DNA from: Heptranchias perlo | Lineage: Eukaryota | Direction: 5' to 3' | Length of the DNA stretch: 64,000 nucleotides | NCBI RefSeq assembly: GCF_035084215.1 | Contig: NC_090329.1 | Span: forward strand, 42,842,001-42,906,000 | Shown: piece after piece, positions 49,871 to 62,434 of the stretch | Layout of the letters: the number at the start of each line of letters is the position of its first letter | How positions within the stretch are numbered: the stretch's first letter is position 1 | Notes under the pieces: model-generated | Told to the model about the DNA's origin: nothing | Databases searched by the model: none | What the model saw: the letters and a program-made list of their open reading frames with translations, nothing else | Position numbers and translations under genes: made by a program

Positions 49871-51483
49871 TATGCCAATTTTACTGCTGCCGTTTTACGC
49901 CCCTACTGAATTTGAATGCTCCACCCATGGAGTTCCTCTGGAGGGGAACATAGCCCTAAGAATTGATACTGAATCACTTGCTTTCTTCAATAGGGGCTTA
50001 TCATGTGTTGTCACAACTCAGACTGTGATCTTTTTACTGTTGCAGTTTTACTTGGTAGTTGGTTCTCCTGTGGTTGAATTACCATAGTTGCTGCTTTTCT
50101 TTGTAGGCTTCCTTTTGTTATGGTGTTTGAGATATAAATTACAATACTTAAAGTTGAGGTATCATATTCTACACTGTTATTTTCATACCAGAATTAGATC
50201 ATCATTTCTACAGAATTGGCACACGTCACACAGTACATTCAGGACTCACGCCTCTCACAAACTGCACGATAAGCTGATATTAGCATGGCAAACTACTCAT
50301 CAGTGATGATTATAGTGTTTAGTGTTGCTCTGTGCTTTCAGTTTTTATTTCTCAAAAAAGTTCCCTGGGATTTTTCAGTAATTATTTCTGACTTTGCAAG
50401 AACATGTAAAAGTTAGCAAGAATGCAAAAGACAAAAGTTTAGTGACGATCAAAAAAAAATCTATTTCAGTTAGCAAAAACAGTATGCAATTACAGACAAT
50501 ATGTAATTGCAAATATGTAATCACAATATGTAATTGCAAATGCTTACAAATAATTACATAAAATTCATTTTACAAAGCATGAGCTGGCAGTCATCAGTAT
50601 TCTTTTGGTTTGTATATACCTTTATACAAGGTCTCAGCCTCATCGTCATTCACTTACCTGAAGTTGCAAGCAGGATTTTCAGTTCGTCAATGAAATAAAA
50701 TGGGATTTTTTTTTCCAGTAATTAAAACTCAACAATATAAAAATAATTCTAGTAAAAATTGAAAACTTAAATGAAGAAAACAACAGTAACTTTTCAGGAG
50801 AAGTCAGTATAAACCAGAAATGTGGTGCTGTAAGTGTATGTAAACACCATAATGTTTTACTTCCTCTGTGGTTTAAATTTAGAGGAACCACAGTGTGGAC
50901 TGCAGTAAGTGCACTGCATATCTATATGCAAGGATGTGTAGCTTGACTAAAGCTGGAAAATAGAACCTGAATTTTGAGTCTGGATCAGAGTCAGTATAAA
51001 GAAGGTAAACTGTTTATGTTGGTGTGAAGCAAACTGACAGAATTAGGCTTTTCAAATAAATTGAGGTGCACGTGACAAAAATTCTGTATTTTTTGTATAA
51101 TGTCATTTTGGTAGCTGTCATTTCAAACCTCATTGTACAAGAGGATTTTAGCAGTATGTGGAAGAATTCAGGGCTTATGTTTATTGGGAAAAAAATTGAC
51201 CCCTTCAAGATACTTTTATAGAAACTGACATCATGCAAACCAAAATAATATTTTCTTTCCTCCAATGTAAATATTAAAGAATTGCAGAATATGCTGAAGC
51301 AAATTATCTACCTCCCAAACCGGAATTACTATATATCAGAGGTTCTGGTTCTGAAAGTGCAGCAAGCTGTTGTGTAATGTTTGTTTGAGGTGGTAAAATA
51401 TAAATAACTGCTCTGTTATGACACATGTCCTTCATTTGCAGAATCCTCAAGATAATTATAGCTGTGTGTTCTAATTGCCCAAG

Positions 51484-53376
51484 AGGATGAGACCGGGAAA
51501 TTAATGGTGGGAAACATGGAGATGGCAAAAATGCTGAACAAATATTTTGTTTCAGTCTTTACAGTAGAGGACACTAAGAATATCCCAACGCTGGACAAAC
51601 AGGGGACTCTCGGGGGGGAGGAGCTAAATACGATTAAAATCACTCAGGAGATGGTACTCAGTAAAATAATGGGACTCAAGGCGGATAAATCCCCTGGACC
51701 TGATGGCTTCCATCCTAGGGTCTTGAGGGAAGTGGCAGTAGGGATTGTGGATGCTTTGGTGATAGTTTTCCAAAATTCCCTGGACTCAGGAGAGGTCCCG
51801 GCAGATTGGAAAACTGCTAATGTAACACCGTTATTTAAAAAGGGTAGTAGGCAGAAGGCTGGAAATTATAGGCCAGTTAGCTTAACATCTGTGGTGGGTA
51901 AAATTTTGGAGTCTATTATTAAGGAGACAGTAACGGAACATTTAGATAAGCATAATTTAATAGGACAAAGTCAGCATGGCTTTATGAAGGGGAAGTCATG
52001 TCTGACAAATTTGCTTGAGTTCTTCGAGGATATAACGTATAGGGTGGATAAAGGGGAACCAGTGGACATAGTGTATTTAGACTTCCAGAAGGCATTCGAC
52101 AAGGTGCCACATAAAAGATTATTACTTAAGATAAAAAATCACGGGATTGGGGGTAATATTCTGGCATGGGTGGAGGATTGGTTATCGAACAGGAAGCAGA
52201 GAGTTGGGATAAATGGTTCATTTTCGGACTGGCAACCAGTAACCAGTGGTGTTCCACAGGGGTCGGTGCTGGGTCCCCAACTCTTTACAATCTATATTAA
52301 CGATTTGGAGGAGGGGACCGAGTGCAACATATCAAAATTTGCAGATGATACAAAGATGGGAGGGAAAGTAGAGAGTGAGGAGGACATAAAAAACCTGCAA
52401 GGGGATATAGACAGGCTGGGTGAGTGGGCGGAGATTTGGCAGATGCAATATAATATTGGAAAATGTGAGGTTATGCACTTTGGCAGGAAAAATCAGAGAG
52501 CAAGTTATTTTCTTAATGGCGAGAGACTGGAAAGTACTGCAGTACAAAGGGATCTGGGGGTCCTAGTGCAAGAAAATCAAAAAGTTGGTATGCAGGTGCA
52601 GCAGGTGATCAAGAAAGCCAACGGAATGTTGGCTTTTATTGCTCGGGGGATAGAATATAAAAACAAGGAGGTATTGCTGCAGTTATATAAGGTATTGGTG
52701 AGACCGCACCTGGAATACTGCATACAGTTTTGGTCTCCATACTTAAGAAAAGACATACTTGCTCTCGAGGCAGTACAAAGAAGGTTCACTCGGTTAATCC
52801 CGGGGATGAGGGGGCGGACATATGAGGAGAGGTTGAGTAGATTGGGACTCTACTCATTGGAGTTCAGAAGAATGAGAGGCGATCTTATTGAAACATATAA
52901 GATTGTGAAGGGTCTTGATCGGGTGGATGCAGTAAGGATGTTCCCAAAGATGGGTGAAACTAGAACTAGGGGGCATAATCTTAGAATAAGGGGCTGCTCT
53001 TTCAAAACTGAGATGAGGAGAAACTTCTTCACTCAGAGGGTGGTCGGTCTGTGGAATTTGCTGCCCCAGGAAGCTGTGGAAGCTACATCATTAGATAAAT
53101 TTAAAACAGAAATAGACAGTTTCCTAGAAGTAAAGGGAATTAGGGGTTATGGGGAGCGGGCAGGAAATTGGACATGAAGCTGAGTTCGGATCGGTCAATG
53201 CCCTGTGGGTGGCGGAGAGGGCCCAGGGGCTATGTGGCCGGGTCCTGCTCCGACTTCTTGTGTTCTTTAGATTTGTGGTTGGGATCAGATCAGCCATGAT
53301 CTTATTGAATGGCGGAGCAGGCTCGAGGGGCCGATTGGCCTACTCCTGCTCCAATTTCTTATGTTCTTATGTTCTT
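51484..53376 (+). mobile_element. Young 5'-truncated CR1 LINE
   Basis: Uninterrupted RT ORF, CR1 3' UTR, (TTCTTATG)n tail. Confidence 0.96.
51504..53177 (+). CDS. CR1 ORF2 reverse transcriptase domain (557 aa open; lacks APE)
   Basis: [43 protein letters not shown]. Confidence 0.9.
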   Translation: MVGNMEMAKMLNKYFVSVFTVEDTKNIPTLDKQGTLGGEELNTIKITQEMVLSKIMGLKADKSPGPDGFHPRVLREVAVGIVDALVIVFQNSLDSGEVPADWKTANVTPLFKKGSRQKAGNYRPVSLTSVVGKILESIIKETVTEHLDKHNLIGQSQHGFMKGKSCLTNLLEFFEDITYRVDKGEPVDIVYLDFQKAFDKVPHKRLLLKIKNHGIGGNILAWVEDWLSNRKQRVGINGSFSDWQPVTSGVPQGSVLGPQLFTIYINDLEEGTECNISKFADDTKMGGKVESEEDIKNLQGDIDRLGEWAEIWQMQYNIGKCEVMHFGRKNQRASYFLNGERLESTAVQRDLGVLVQENQKVGMQVQQVIKKANGMLAFIARGIEYKNKEVLLQLYKVLVRPHLEYCIQFWSPYLRKDILALEAVQRRFTRLIPGMRGRTYEERLSRLGLYSLEFRRMRGDLIETYKIVKGLDRVDAVRMFPKMGETRTRGHNLRIRGCSFKTEMRRNFFTQRVVGLWNLLPQEAVEATSLDKFKTEIDSFLEVKGIRGYGERAGNWT

Positions 53377-54342
53377 AACCAATTAAGGACTTTGTGAAGA
53401 GCTTTGTGAGTCAGCACAACTGTAACACATTCTATGTGTTATGTTTGGTTGATGCGCATGTGTTTTCATTCTGGAAAGTGTTTAGCCTGGACTGTATTAA
53501 ATCTGGGGTAGCTAGCCTAGTCATGTAAAGACCTGCAATAGGAAAAGCTGAGCTGAATATTTTGAGGATAAATCAAGATCACAATGTAAAATATACATAA
53601 AGGGAGACCATTCAGCCCATCTTACCTCATCCATCTGGAATAATTATTTTCAAACTTTCCTATGCAAGGAGCTCCCTGCAAATATTGATACCCTAAGATA
53701 GGGACCTATGAAAGACAGTGTCAGCTCCCCAAAGGAAATAACATGCTAGAACACAGCACTTGAGCAGAACACGAGCAACATAGTGAAATGCTGGTGGACA
53801 TTTTGCTACCCAGCATTCGAATTACCTGCAGAAAGCTTGCTAGGAAAGTTCATAACCGAATCAACAAGTAAAGAGAAATACAGAAATCTGAGGCCAGGCA
53901 GTCAAAAATCTTATTGCTTTAGGGATCCCTTGGGCCTAGGCACCCCAGATAGAAAACCTATGATCTAGAAAAACCCCAATCACAGTATCCAACTGTTTTT
54001 TAAAGTACTTCAAGGTTTTTACCCACACTATCCTCCCCAGGAGTCATTTACAAGTGTTAATTATTGGATCTGAAGCGAAAGTTACACAAAATAAAGTCAT
54101 TTGGTTTTGTTTTTGAAGCTCTGCAGGACTGTGCTTTTTCCTATTTAGGTCTTCTACCTATAGCCTGTAATGTTAGAATATAGTACACAAAGAACTTTTC
54201 ATCATTAGTACTAGTTATGTAGCTCATTATATGCTTGAGTAATATTAAAGAGTCATTGTTATACGTGTATTGTGACCACCTGATTTTTGCCGATCCCACA
54301 AATTAAATCGTACTGCACAAAATCTTCTGTTTAAAAATCACA

Positions 54343-57300
54343 CATAATCATAGAATGATTACAGCACAGAAGGAGGCCATTTGACCCATCGAGCCCAGGG
54401 TGGCTCTTTGTAAGAGCAATCCAGGCAGTCCCATTCCCCATAGCCCTGCAATTTTTTTCCTTTCAAGTATTTATCCAATTCTTTTTTGAAATCCATGATT
54501 GAATCTGCCTCCACCACCCTTTCAGGCAGTACGTTCCAGATCATAACAACTCGCTGCGTAAAAAAAAATTCCTCATGTCGCCTTTGGTTCTTTTAAATCT
54601 GTGTCCTTTGGCTCTACACCCTTCCGTCAATGGAAACAGTTTCTCTATATCTACTCTGTCTAGACCCCCCCCCCCCCTCATGATTGTGAATACCTCTATC
54701 GAATCTCCTCTCAACCTTCTGTGCTCTAAGGAGAACAACCTCAGCTTCTCCAGTCTATCCACATAACTGAAGTCCATCATCCCTGGAACTATTCTAGTAA
54801 ATCTTTTCTGCACCCTCTCTAAGGCCTTCACATCCTTCCTAAAGTGCGGTGCCCAGAATTGGACACAATACTTCAGTTGTGGCCGAACTAGTGTTTTATA
54901 AAGGTTCAATATAACCTCCTTGCTTTTATACTCTATGCCTCTGTTTCTAAAGCCCAGGATCCCATATGCTTTTTAACCACTTTCTCAACCTGCCCTGTCA
55001 CCTTCAGAGATTTGTGCACATATACTCCCAGGTCTCTCTGTTCCTGCACCCCCTTTAGAATTGTACCCTTTAGTTTATATTGCTTCTCCTCATTCTTCCT
55101 GCCAAAATGTATCATTTTGCACTTCTCTGCGTTAAATTTCATCTGCAATGTGTCCACCCATTCTGCCAGCCTGTCTATGTCCTATGGAAGTCTATCACTA
55201 TCTTCGTCACTGTTCACTACACTTCCAAGTTTTGTGTCATCTGCAAGTTTTGAAATTGTGCCCTGTACACCCAAATCCAAGTCATTAGTATATATCAAAA
55301 AAAGCAGTGGTCCTAGTACCGATCCCTGGGGAACACCACTGTTTACCTTACTCCAGTCCGAAAAACACCCATTCACCACTACTCTCTGTTTCCTGTCACT
55401 TAGCCAATTTTATATCCACGCTGCCACTGCCCTTTTTATTCCATGGGCTTCAATTTTGCTGATAAGTTTATTATGTGGCACGTTATCACACGCCTTTTGA
55501 AAGTCCATATACAAAATATCAACCACATTTCCCTCATCAACCCTCTCTGTTACCTCATCAAAAAACTCAATCATGTTAGTTAAACACAATTTGCCTTTAA
55601 CAAATCCGTGCTGGCTTTCCTTTATTAATCCACACTTGTCCAAGTGACTATTAATTTTGTCCCAGATTATCCTTTCTAAAAGCTTCCCCATCATTGAGGT
55701 TAAACTACTGGCCTGTATTTGCCAGGTTTATCCTTAAATCCTTTTTTGAACAAGTGTATAACATTTGTAATTCTCCAGTCCTCTGGCACCACCTCCATAT
55801 CTAAGGATGATTGGAAGATTATGGCCAGCACCACTGCAATTTCCACCCTTACTTCCCTCAGCAACCTAGGATGCATCTCATCCGGACCAGGTAACTTATT
55901 TACTTTAAGTACAGCCAGCCTAGCTAGTACCTCCTCTTTATCAATTTTTAGCCCATCCAGTTTCTCAACTACTTCCTCTTTTACTGTGACTTTGGCAGCA
56001 CCTTCTTCCTTGATTAAGAGAGATAAAAAGTACTTATTTAGTACCTCAGCCATGCCCTCTGCCTCCATGCGTAGATGGCCTTTTTGGTCCCTAATCGGCC
56101 CCACCCCTCCTCTTACTCCACATTTACTACTTATATGCCTATAGAAGACTTTTGGATTCCCTTTTATGTTAGTCGCCAGTCTATTCTCATACACTGTCTT
56201 TGCCCCTCTTATTTCCTTTCTCACTTTTCCTCTGTACTTTCTATATTCAAGCTGGTTCTTACTTGTATTATCAAGCTGACATCTGTCATATGCCCCCCTT
56301 TTCTGCTTCATCTTGCTCTCTATCTCTTTCATCATCCAGGGAGCTCTGGCTTTGTTTGCCCTACCTTTCCCCCTCGTGGGATTGTACCTAGACTGTACCC
56401 GAACCATCTCTTTAAAGGCTATTTTTTGATTCCAGTTTTGCCTGCCAATCTTTGATTCCAATTTACCCAGACCAGATCTGTTCTCAACCCACTGAAATTG
56501 GCCCTCTTCCAATAAAGTATTTTTACTCTAGGTTGCTCCTTGTCCTTTTCCATAACTAATCTAAACCTTATGATACTATGATCACTGTTCCCTAAATGTT
56601 CCCCCATAGATACTTGCTCCACTTGACCCACTTCATTCCCCGATCTAGATCCAGCAATGCCTCCTTCCTCGTTGGGCCAGAAACATACTGATCAAGAAAG
56701 TTTTCCTGAATGCACTTTAGAAATTCCTCCCCCTCTTTGCCCTTTACACTATTACTATCCCAGTCTATATTAGGATAATTGAAGTCCCCCATTATCACTA
56801 CTCTATAGCTCTTGCATCCCTCTGTAACTTCCCTGCAAATTTGCTCCTCTATATCCTTCCCACTAGTTGGTGGCCTATAGAATACACCCAGTAGTGCAAT
56901 GGCGCCTCTATTGTTTCTTAGAACTAACCAAATAGATTCTGTCCTTGACCCCTCAAGGACATCCTCTCTCTCCAGCACTACAATATTCTCCTTAATCAAT
57001 ACTGCCACCACCCCCATCCCACTCCTTTTTTCCTTCCCTATCTTTCCTGAACACCTTGTATCCAGGAATATTTGGAACCCAATCCTACCCTTTTTTGAGC
57101 CAAGTCTCCGTTATCGCCAATACATCATATTCCCATGTGACTATTTGCGCCTGCGGCTCACCAACCTTATTTATCATGCTTTGTGCATTTACACACATGG
57201 AGTCTAAACCTATCTTAGAACTTCTTGTATTCTCTTTTAGTCTGATCCCACCTAATACTGTACTATTTCTTACTCTAGTGCTATCTGTCTCTCCCAATCC

Positions 57301-57855
57301 TTTGTGCACCTTGTTTCTTCTTTCTAATGCTACATCCTGGTGCCTATCCCCCTGCCAAATTAGTTTAAATCCTCCCCGACAGCACTAATGAACCTCCCCG
57401 TGAGAACATTGGTCCCAGCTCTGTTGAGGTGCAACCTGTCCGTCTTGAACAGGTCCCTCCTGCCCCAGAACTGCTCCCAATGCCCCAAGAATCTGAAGCC
57501 CCCCTCTCTTGCACCATGTCTCTACCCGTGCATTAACCTGCATTAAATTCCTATTTCGGCACTCACTAGCGTGTGGCACTGGGAGTAATCCAGAGATTAC
57601 TACCTTTTGAGGTCCCACTTTTTAACTTCCTCCCTAGCTGCTGAAACTCTGACTTCAGGACCTCATCCCTTTTCTTTCCTATGTTGTTGGTAGCCACGTG
57701 GACCACAACTTCTGGCTGTTCCCCTTCCCCCCACAGAATGTTCTGCATCCTCTCCATGAAGTCCTTTACCCTGGCACCAGGGAGGCAATACGCCATGCGG
57801 TACTCATGTCGGTGGTCACAGAAATGCCTGTCTGTCCCCTTGACTATCGAATCCA
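54343..57855 (-). mobile_element. CR1 LINE with disrupted ORF2 and 3' part of ORF1; same subfamily as 9838-12848
   Basis: ORF2 motifs throughout; APE start CVNAQS...LAITETWL at 57085-57200. Confidence 0.95.
57385..57855 (-). pseudogene. CR1 ORF1 SGNH/GDSL esterase domain, disrupted
   Basis: DSIVKG, CLPGARV, VVVHVATNNI, KVVISGLLP. Confidence 0.82.
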
Positions 57856-58706
57856 CCATTTTGATTGCAGGTAGTGAAACATATATTAACAAAAGGATTA
57901 TTTACCCTTTTTTAAATAACGGGGAAAATATAGTGCAAAATAATTTATTTATATCCAAATCAGAGAATTGTATTGCCAAATTATAAAAGATTCCAATATT
58001 AAGTAATGTCACGTAATTAACCTACATAATCAAACTCCAATCGTCACTTCCTACTGCAGAATTTGCTTTGCAAAATTGGCATTGATTTTTTTTTCCATTA
58101 AAATTTCATTGGATATTCAATTAGCAGCAAATATCCTGAGGTATGTTCTCAGTTGCTGTTAATTTCACCAAAGTTTCTAAAAACTCTGAAGCTTTTAGTT
58201 CACATCTCATCACATAAGGCCAAAACAGCATCATGTCTCGAATGGTGATTTGTGACCAGTTTTACTCCCCTTAATTTCTTTTTTCTCCTACGATGATGTG
58301 GATGGGAAAGAGGAATTACTATTACTGCACTGAGAATGTTAAATGGGAGTAGATTTCTTTTGAAATGCACTGCCTGACAAAAGTTTTCTGTGTGCTTTCT
58401 GAGAGGTTGAGTGTGTACAACTGAGTAGCCACTCAGAATTCACTTGCAGCAACAGTGCATTGTCACTCCATAGCTGGCCAAGTCACCATCTAACAGGAAT
58501 AAACAGCATGGAATGAAACCATCTGGCTTAGGAGTGAACTATTTTCATGTTCATGGAGCAGGAATACATAACGTGCAGGGCGCAGTTTACTGAGGCAACC
58601 GTGCAGATTATTGAAACACCAGAACCAGCTGGTGAATTTCCCTGCTAAGTGTTCTATAGCTGTAAAGCAGGATGCCACTTTGACTGCTTGTCTGTTTTGG
58701 TGCTGA

Positions 58707-58814
58707 CAATTGTAAACAATTTTACAACACCAAGTTATAGTCCAGCAATTTTATTTTAAATTCACAAGCTTTCGGAGGCTTCCTCCTTCGTCAGGTGAAC
58801 GATGTGAAGGCATT
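58707..58814 (-). mobile_element. 108-bp Penelope terminal-repeat fragment
   Basis: Matches 5870-5965; flanked by GTGCTGA at 58700-58706 and 58815-58821. Confidence 0.85.
58761..58799 (-). ncRNA. Minimal hammerhead ribozyme motif
   Basis: TTCAC-CTGACGA-A-GGAGG(AAG)CCTCC-GAAA-GCTT-GTGAA. Confidence 0.78.
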
Positions 58815-60030
58815 GTGCTGAGGCACAAAGGCCCTTGAAGCTGTACTCCCAGCTTATTAAACAGGTTAAACAGTCGAAGGGGCCGATGCATAAAATGTTA
58901 GAGTTAAATGACTGAAGGGTATCGGATAGGATTGGCCAGGCTCTGGAGGGATTAGAAGAAGAGGTTGAGAGTTTTAAATTTAATGCATTGGAAGACAGGG
59001 AGCCAGTGTAGGTCAGCAAAGACAAAGGTGATGGGTGACTTAGTGCAGGACAAGTTGGGGTTTATGGAGAGTGGAGAATGGGAGGCCTGCAAGATGGATG
59101 TTAAAGAAACCAAATTAAGATGTTGTAAGGGTTTCAGCAGCAGAGAGGCTGAGGTGCAGGCAGATATAGGCAATGTGGTGTAGGTGGAAATAAACAGTCC
59201 TGGTAATTGGTAGGGTATGGTGTTTGAAGCTTAACTAAGGTTCCATACAATATGATTTAGCCTGAACAAGTAGCTGAGGAGAGGGCTGATGTCAACGGCA
59301 AGAGAATGGAGTTTATGGCAGGGGGACAAAAACAATAGCTTCGGAGTTCCCAATGTTAAGCTGGAGGAAGTTTTGACTCAGCGTGGCTCGATGTCAGACA
59401 GGCAGTCTAACAGTATAGAGATTGTTGTGAGGTTGAGGCAATTGGTGGAAAGGTAGAGCTGGTATCATCAGCACACGTATTGAAGTTGACCCTGTGTCTG
59501 CACATGATGTTTCCAAGAGGCAGCATGTAAATAAAGAAGAGGAGGTGGCTAAGGATAGATCTTTGAGGAAGTTGCTAGTGAAGGAACGGGAAGAGAAGAC
59601 GTTTCTCGAGATGTGCTGGCTGCATTCATACAGGTAGAAGTGGAACCACATAAGGCAGTTCCATGCAAGTGGACAATGAAGGAGGGACGATGTAGGAGGA
59701 CACCATGGTCAACCAGGTAAAATGCTGTGAAAAGTGAAGGAGGACAATATGACAATCACAACTTTGGTCAGAACAGTCTCATTGCCACGAGAAGGGCAGA
59801 AGTGGATTGAAGTGAAATGAACTGGAAGTTTTGGGGAGAAATGGGCACAGAATGCATGTCATGATATGTTCAAGCACCTTGGACAGGAAAGCAGATTAGA
59901 GATGAACCAATAGTTGGAGAGGATGGATGAGTTGAGGGTGGTTATTCTGAGGAAGGGGTGATGATAGTGGTTTTGAAAGATAGAGAGACAGTGCCTGAGG
60001 AAAGAATAATTTCATGGGGAGCCAGCAGGT
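58815..60030 (-). mobile_element. Old L2-type LINE fragment
   Basis: PITFVFADLHWLPVFQCIKFK; AFYLVDHGVLLHR. Confidence 0.75.
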
Positions 60031-60887
60031 GTGCTACATTCAGCACAACATCATTATGAATAATGTAACGCACCATTAATCAACCAATCAAATTCAAAGA
60101 TGCAGTGGAGCATCCTGTGCTTAAAATCTTTTGATGAGCAGATATTCACATTTTATCCAAACTTTGCACACCTATTAGCGTTCTGACCATGTATAATATC
60201 ATTAATACCTAACACAAATCATTGGCACCTTGGCTAATATACAAATCACACAACCCAACCTGGTCTCATAGCCAAATCATCTCCAGTTCTTCACCTTGAA
60301 GCTGATCAAGACAAGTCAGTTTCCATTTTAATTGTAGCTCAGTTTCATATATTTTCCATCCCCCTGACTCAGAGACATATAGAAGGGCGCTTTCTGGAGA
60401 ATGTGCATTGGAATGCAAAATCCTTTGCCTGAGGTCATGCACCATTGGGACGTTCATGAAGTGGCAATGTTTCCTGTTAATTTCCTTTTCAGTCACAGCT
60501 AACTGAAACCAATTTTTAAATCACATTTACCCTCCCTTCCTGAAGCCATAAATAAAGAGATAGAAATCTCCAAATCACTACAATCTAAATGCGAGTATAT
60601 TATTTATTATTGATGGTGTGCAGAGTGTGGCTCACCATTAATCATTCTATTATTCACCAACTCTTCCTAGGTCATACTCTAGATCACTGCCAGAGCAGTC
60701 TACACATTGAAACCATTGTTTAAGCAGCCCAAGTGTCTAGTGTATGATGTTTCTGTGCCTCAAATGTGCTTCATATAAAACATGCTAGGGAATGCAGGGA
60801 TTGTATACTGATGGCATGAGCCATTTTTTGGGCCAACCATTCATCCAGTTCTCATCCTGAAAGGGGTGAGAAACCCACAATTAAGAT

Positions 60888-61028
60888 GGGGGTAATTTTC
60901 ACCTTCACCACCTGGGCGGTAATCTTACAGAGTGGGTCACCTGCCCAAAACTGGTCAAGGTCTATGCTGGATGGGCAATCTGTTCTGCCAAAATTTCCAC
61001 TCAGGTGGTGATGGTGAAAATTACCCTC
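60888..61028. mobile_element. 141-bp Harbinger-type MITE
   Basis: TIRs GGGTAATTTTCACCTTCACCACCTG / CAGGTGGTGATGGTGAAAATTACCC; TSD GAT at 60885-60887 and 61029-61031. Confidence 0.88.
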
Positions 61029-61732
61029 GATTTGTGCACTTGTGTGCTCCCTGGAAAAAGTGCATTGGGATGCAATCTTCCTTTGCTTGAGGTCATGCAT
61101 TATTTGGAGTTTCACGGCATGCCAATGTTTCCTGTCAAGGAAAGCCATAAGATTTTGTACAGGCAATTGAATGACCACATGGGTGCAGTGAATGCCACCT
61201 TGTTTATTGGGAATGTCATGTCATTCACTGTGCACTGTCTGTTTCTCCAGCTGCTGCTGCACCCCAGTGCTGAGCTTAATGTACTTACGAGCACATTAAA
61301 ATAGAGGGTCTTTGGCCTCTATAATGCAGTAGTGAATTGCAAATTGATTGACCCGTGCGATGTCTTCCAGTGGTGCCTGGAAGGATCACAGAGCATAAAA
61401 ATTTGGTGTTGTCATTTTTACTGTTCCTGGCAGCACTGTGCTGAGGTTGTTTCTTTGCTGAAGATGGCACAATCCCTGAATGGCATACCTGGCAAAACAT
61501 AACCTCCTCACACGGTGCTCCTCGATGAGGTTGAGGTAGCTTATGGTAGAAATGCTGTCTAAGATAATAGAAAGGCCTGGTGGTTTTCTTTGTAAGGCCT
61601 TGCAAATACCTGAATCTCCTCTTCACTTCCTTCAATATATCCATGATGTGGAGATGCCGGTGATGGACTGGGGTGGACAAATGTAAGGAATCTTACAACA
61701 CCAGGTTATAGTCCAACAGTTTTATTTGAAAA

Positions 61733-61769
61733 TCTCAAGCTTTCGGAGCTTACCTCCTTCGTCAGGTGA
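61733..61769 (-). ncRNA. Minimal hammerhead ribozyme motif with one stem I mismatch
   Basis: TCAC-CTGACGA-A-GGAG(GTAAG)CTCC-GAAA-GCTT-GAGA. Confidence 0.7.
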
Positions 61770-62397
61770 GTGAGTGAAGCATAGCATATATTAGGCTGGG
61801 AGGCGATCACAGCAATCAAAGGTGTCGTTGGTGTTCAGACAGGTTAGCCACGGAAAACATTACATCCCAGTATACTGAATACACAATGGGTCAGATTACA
61901 CAGACAGATAGAGAAAGAGACCCGAAAGGCAGAGAGAGAGAGAGAATGTCCAGTTGTATTAAAAACAGATAACTTTTTATTCCGCTGGTGGGGTTACGTG
62001 TAGCGTGACATGAACCCGAGATCCCGGTTGAGGCCGTCCTCATGGGTGCGGAACTTGGCTATCAATTTCTGCTCGACGATTTTGTTGAGCAGAAATTGAT
62101 AGCCAAGTTCCGCACCCATGAGGACGGCCTCAACCGGGATCTCGGGTTCATGTCACGCTACACGTAACCCCACCAGCGGAAAAAAAAGTTATCTGTTTTT
62201 AATGCAACTGGACATTCTCTCTCTCTCTCTCTCTCTGCCTTTCGGGTCTCTTTCTCTATCTGTCTGTGTAATCTGACCCATTGTGTATTCAGTATACTGG
62301 GATGTAATGTTTTCCATGGCTAACCTGTCTGAACACCAACAACACCTTTCATTGCTGTGATCGCCTCCCAGCTTAATATATGCTATGCTTCACTCAC

Positions 62398-62434
62398 TCA
62401 CCTGACGAAGGAGGTAAGCTCCGAAAGCTTGTGA
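62398..62434 (+). ncRNA. Minimal hammerhead ribozyme motif
   Basis: TCAC-CTGACGA-A-GGAG(GTAAG)CTCC-GAAA-GCTT-GTGA. Confidence 0.78.

Noticed and set aside
50495-50545. Short ACAATATGTAATTGCAAAT repeat
   Set aside because: Local AT-rich duplication with no further structure.
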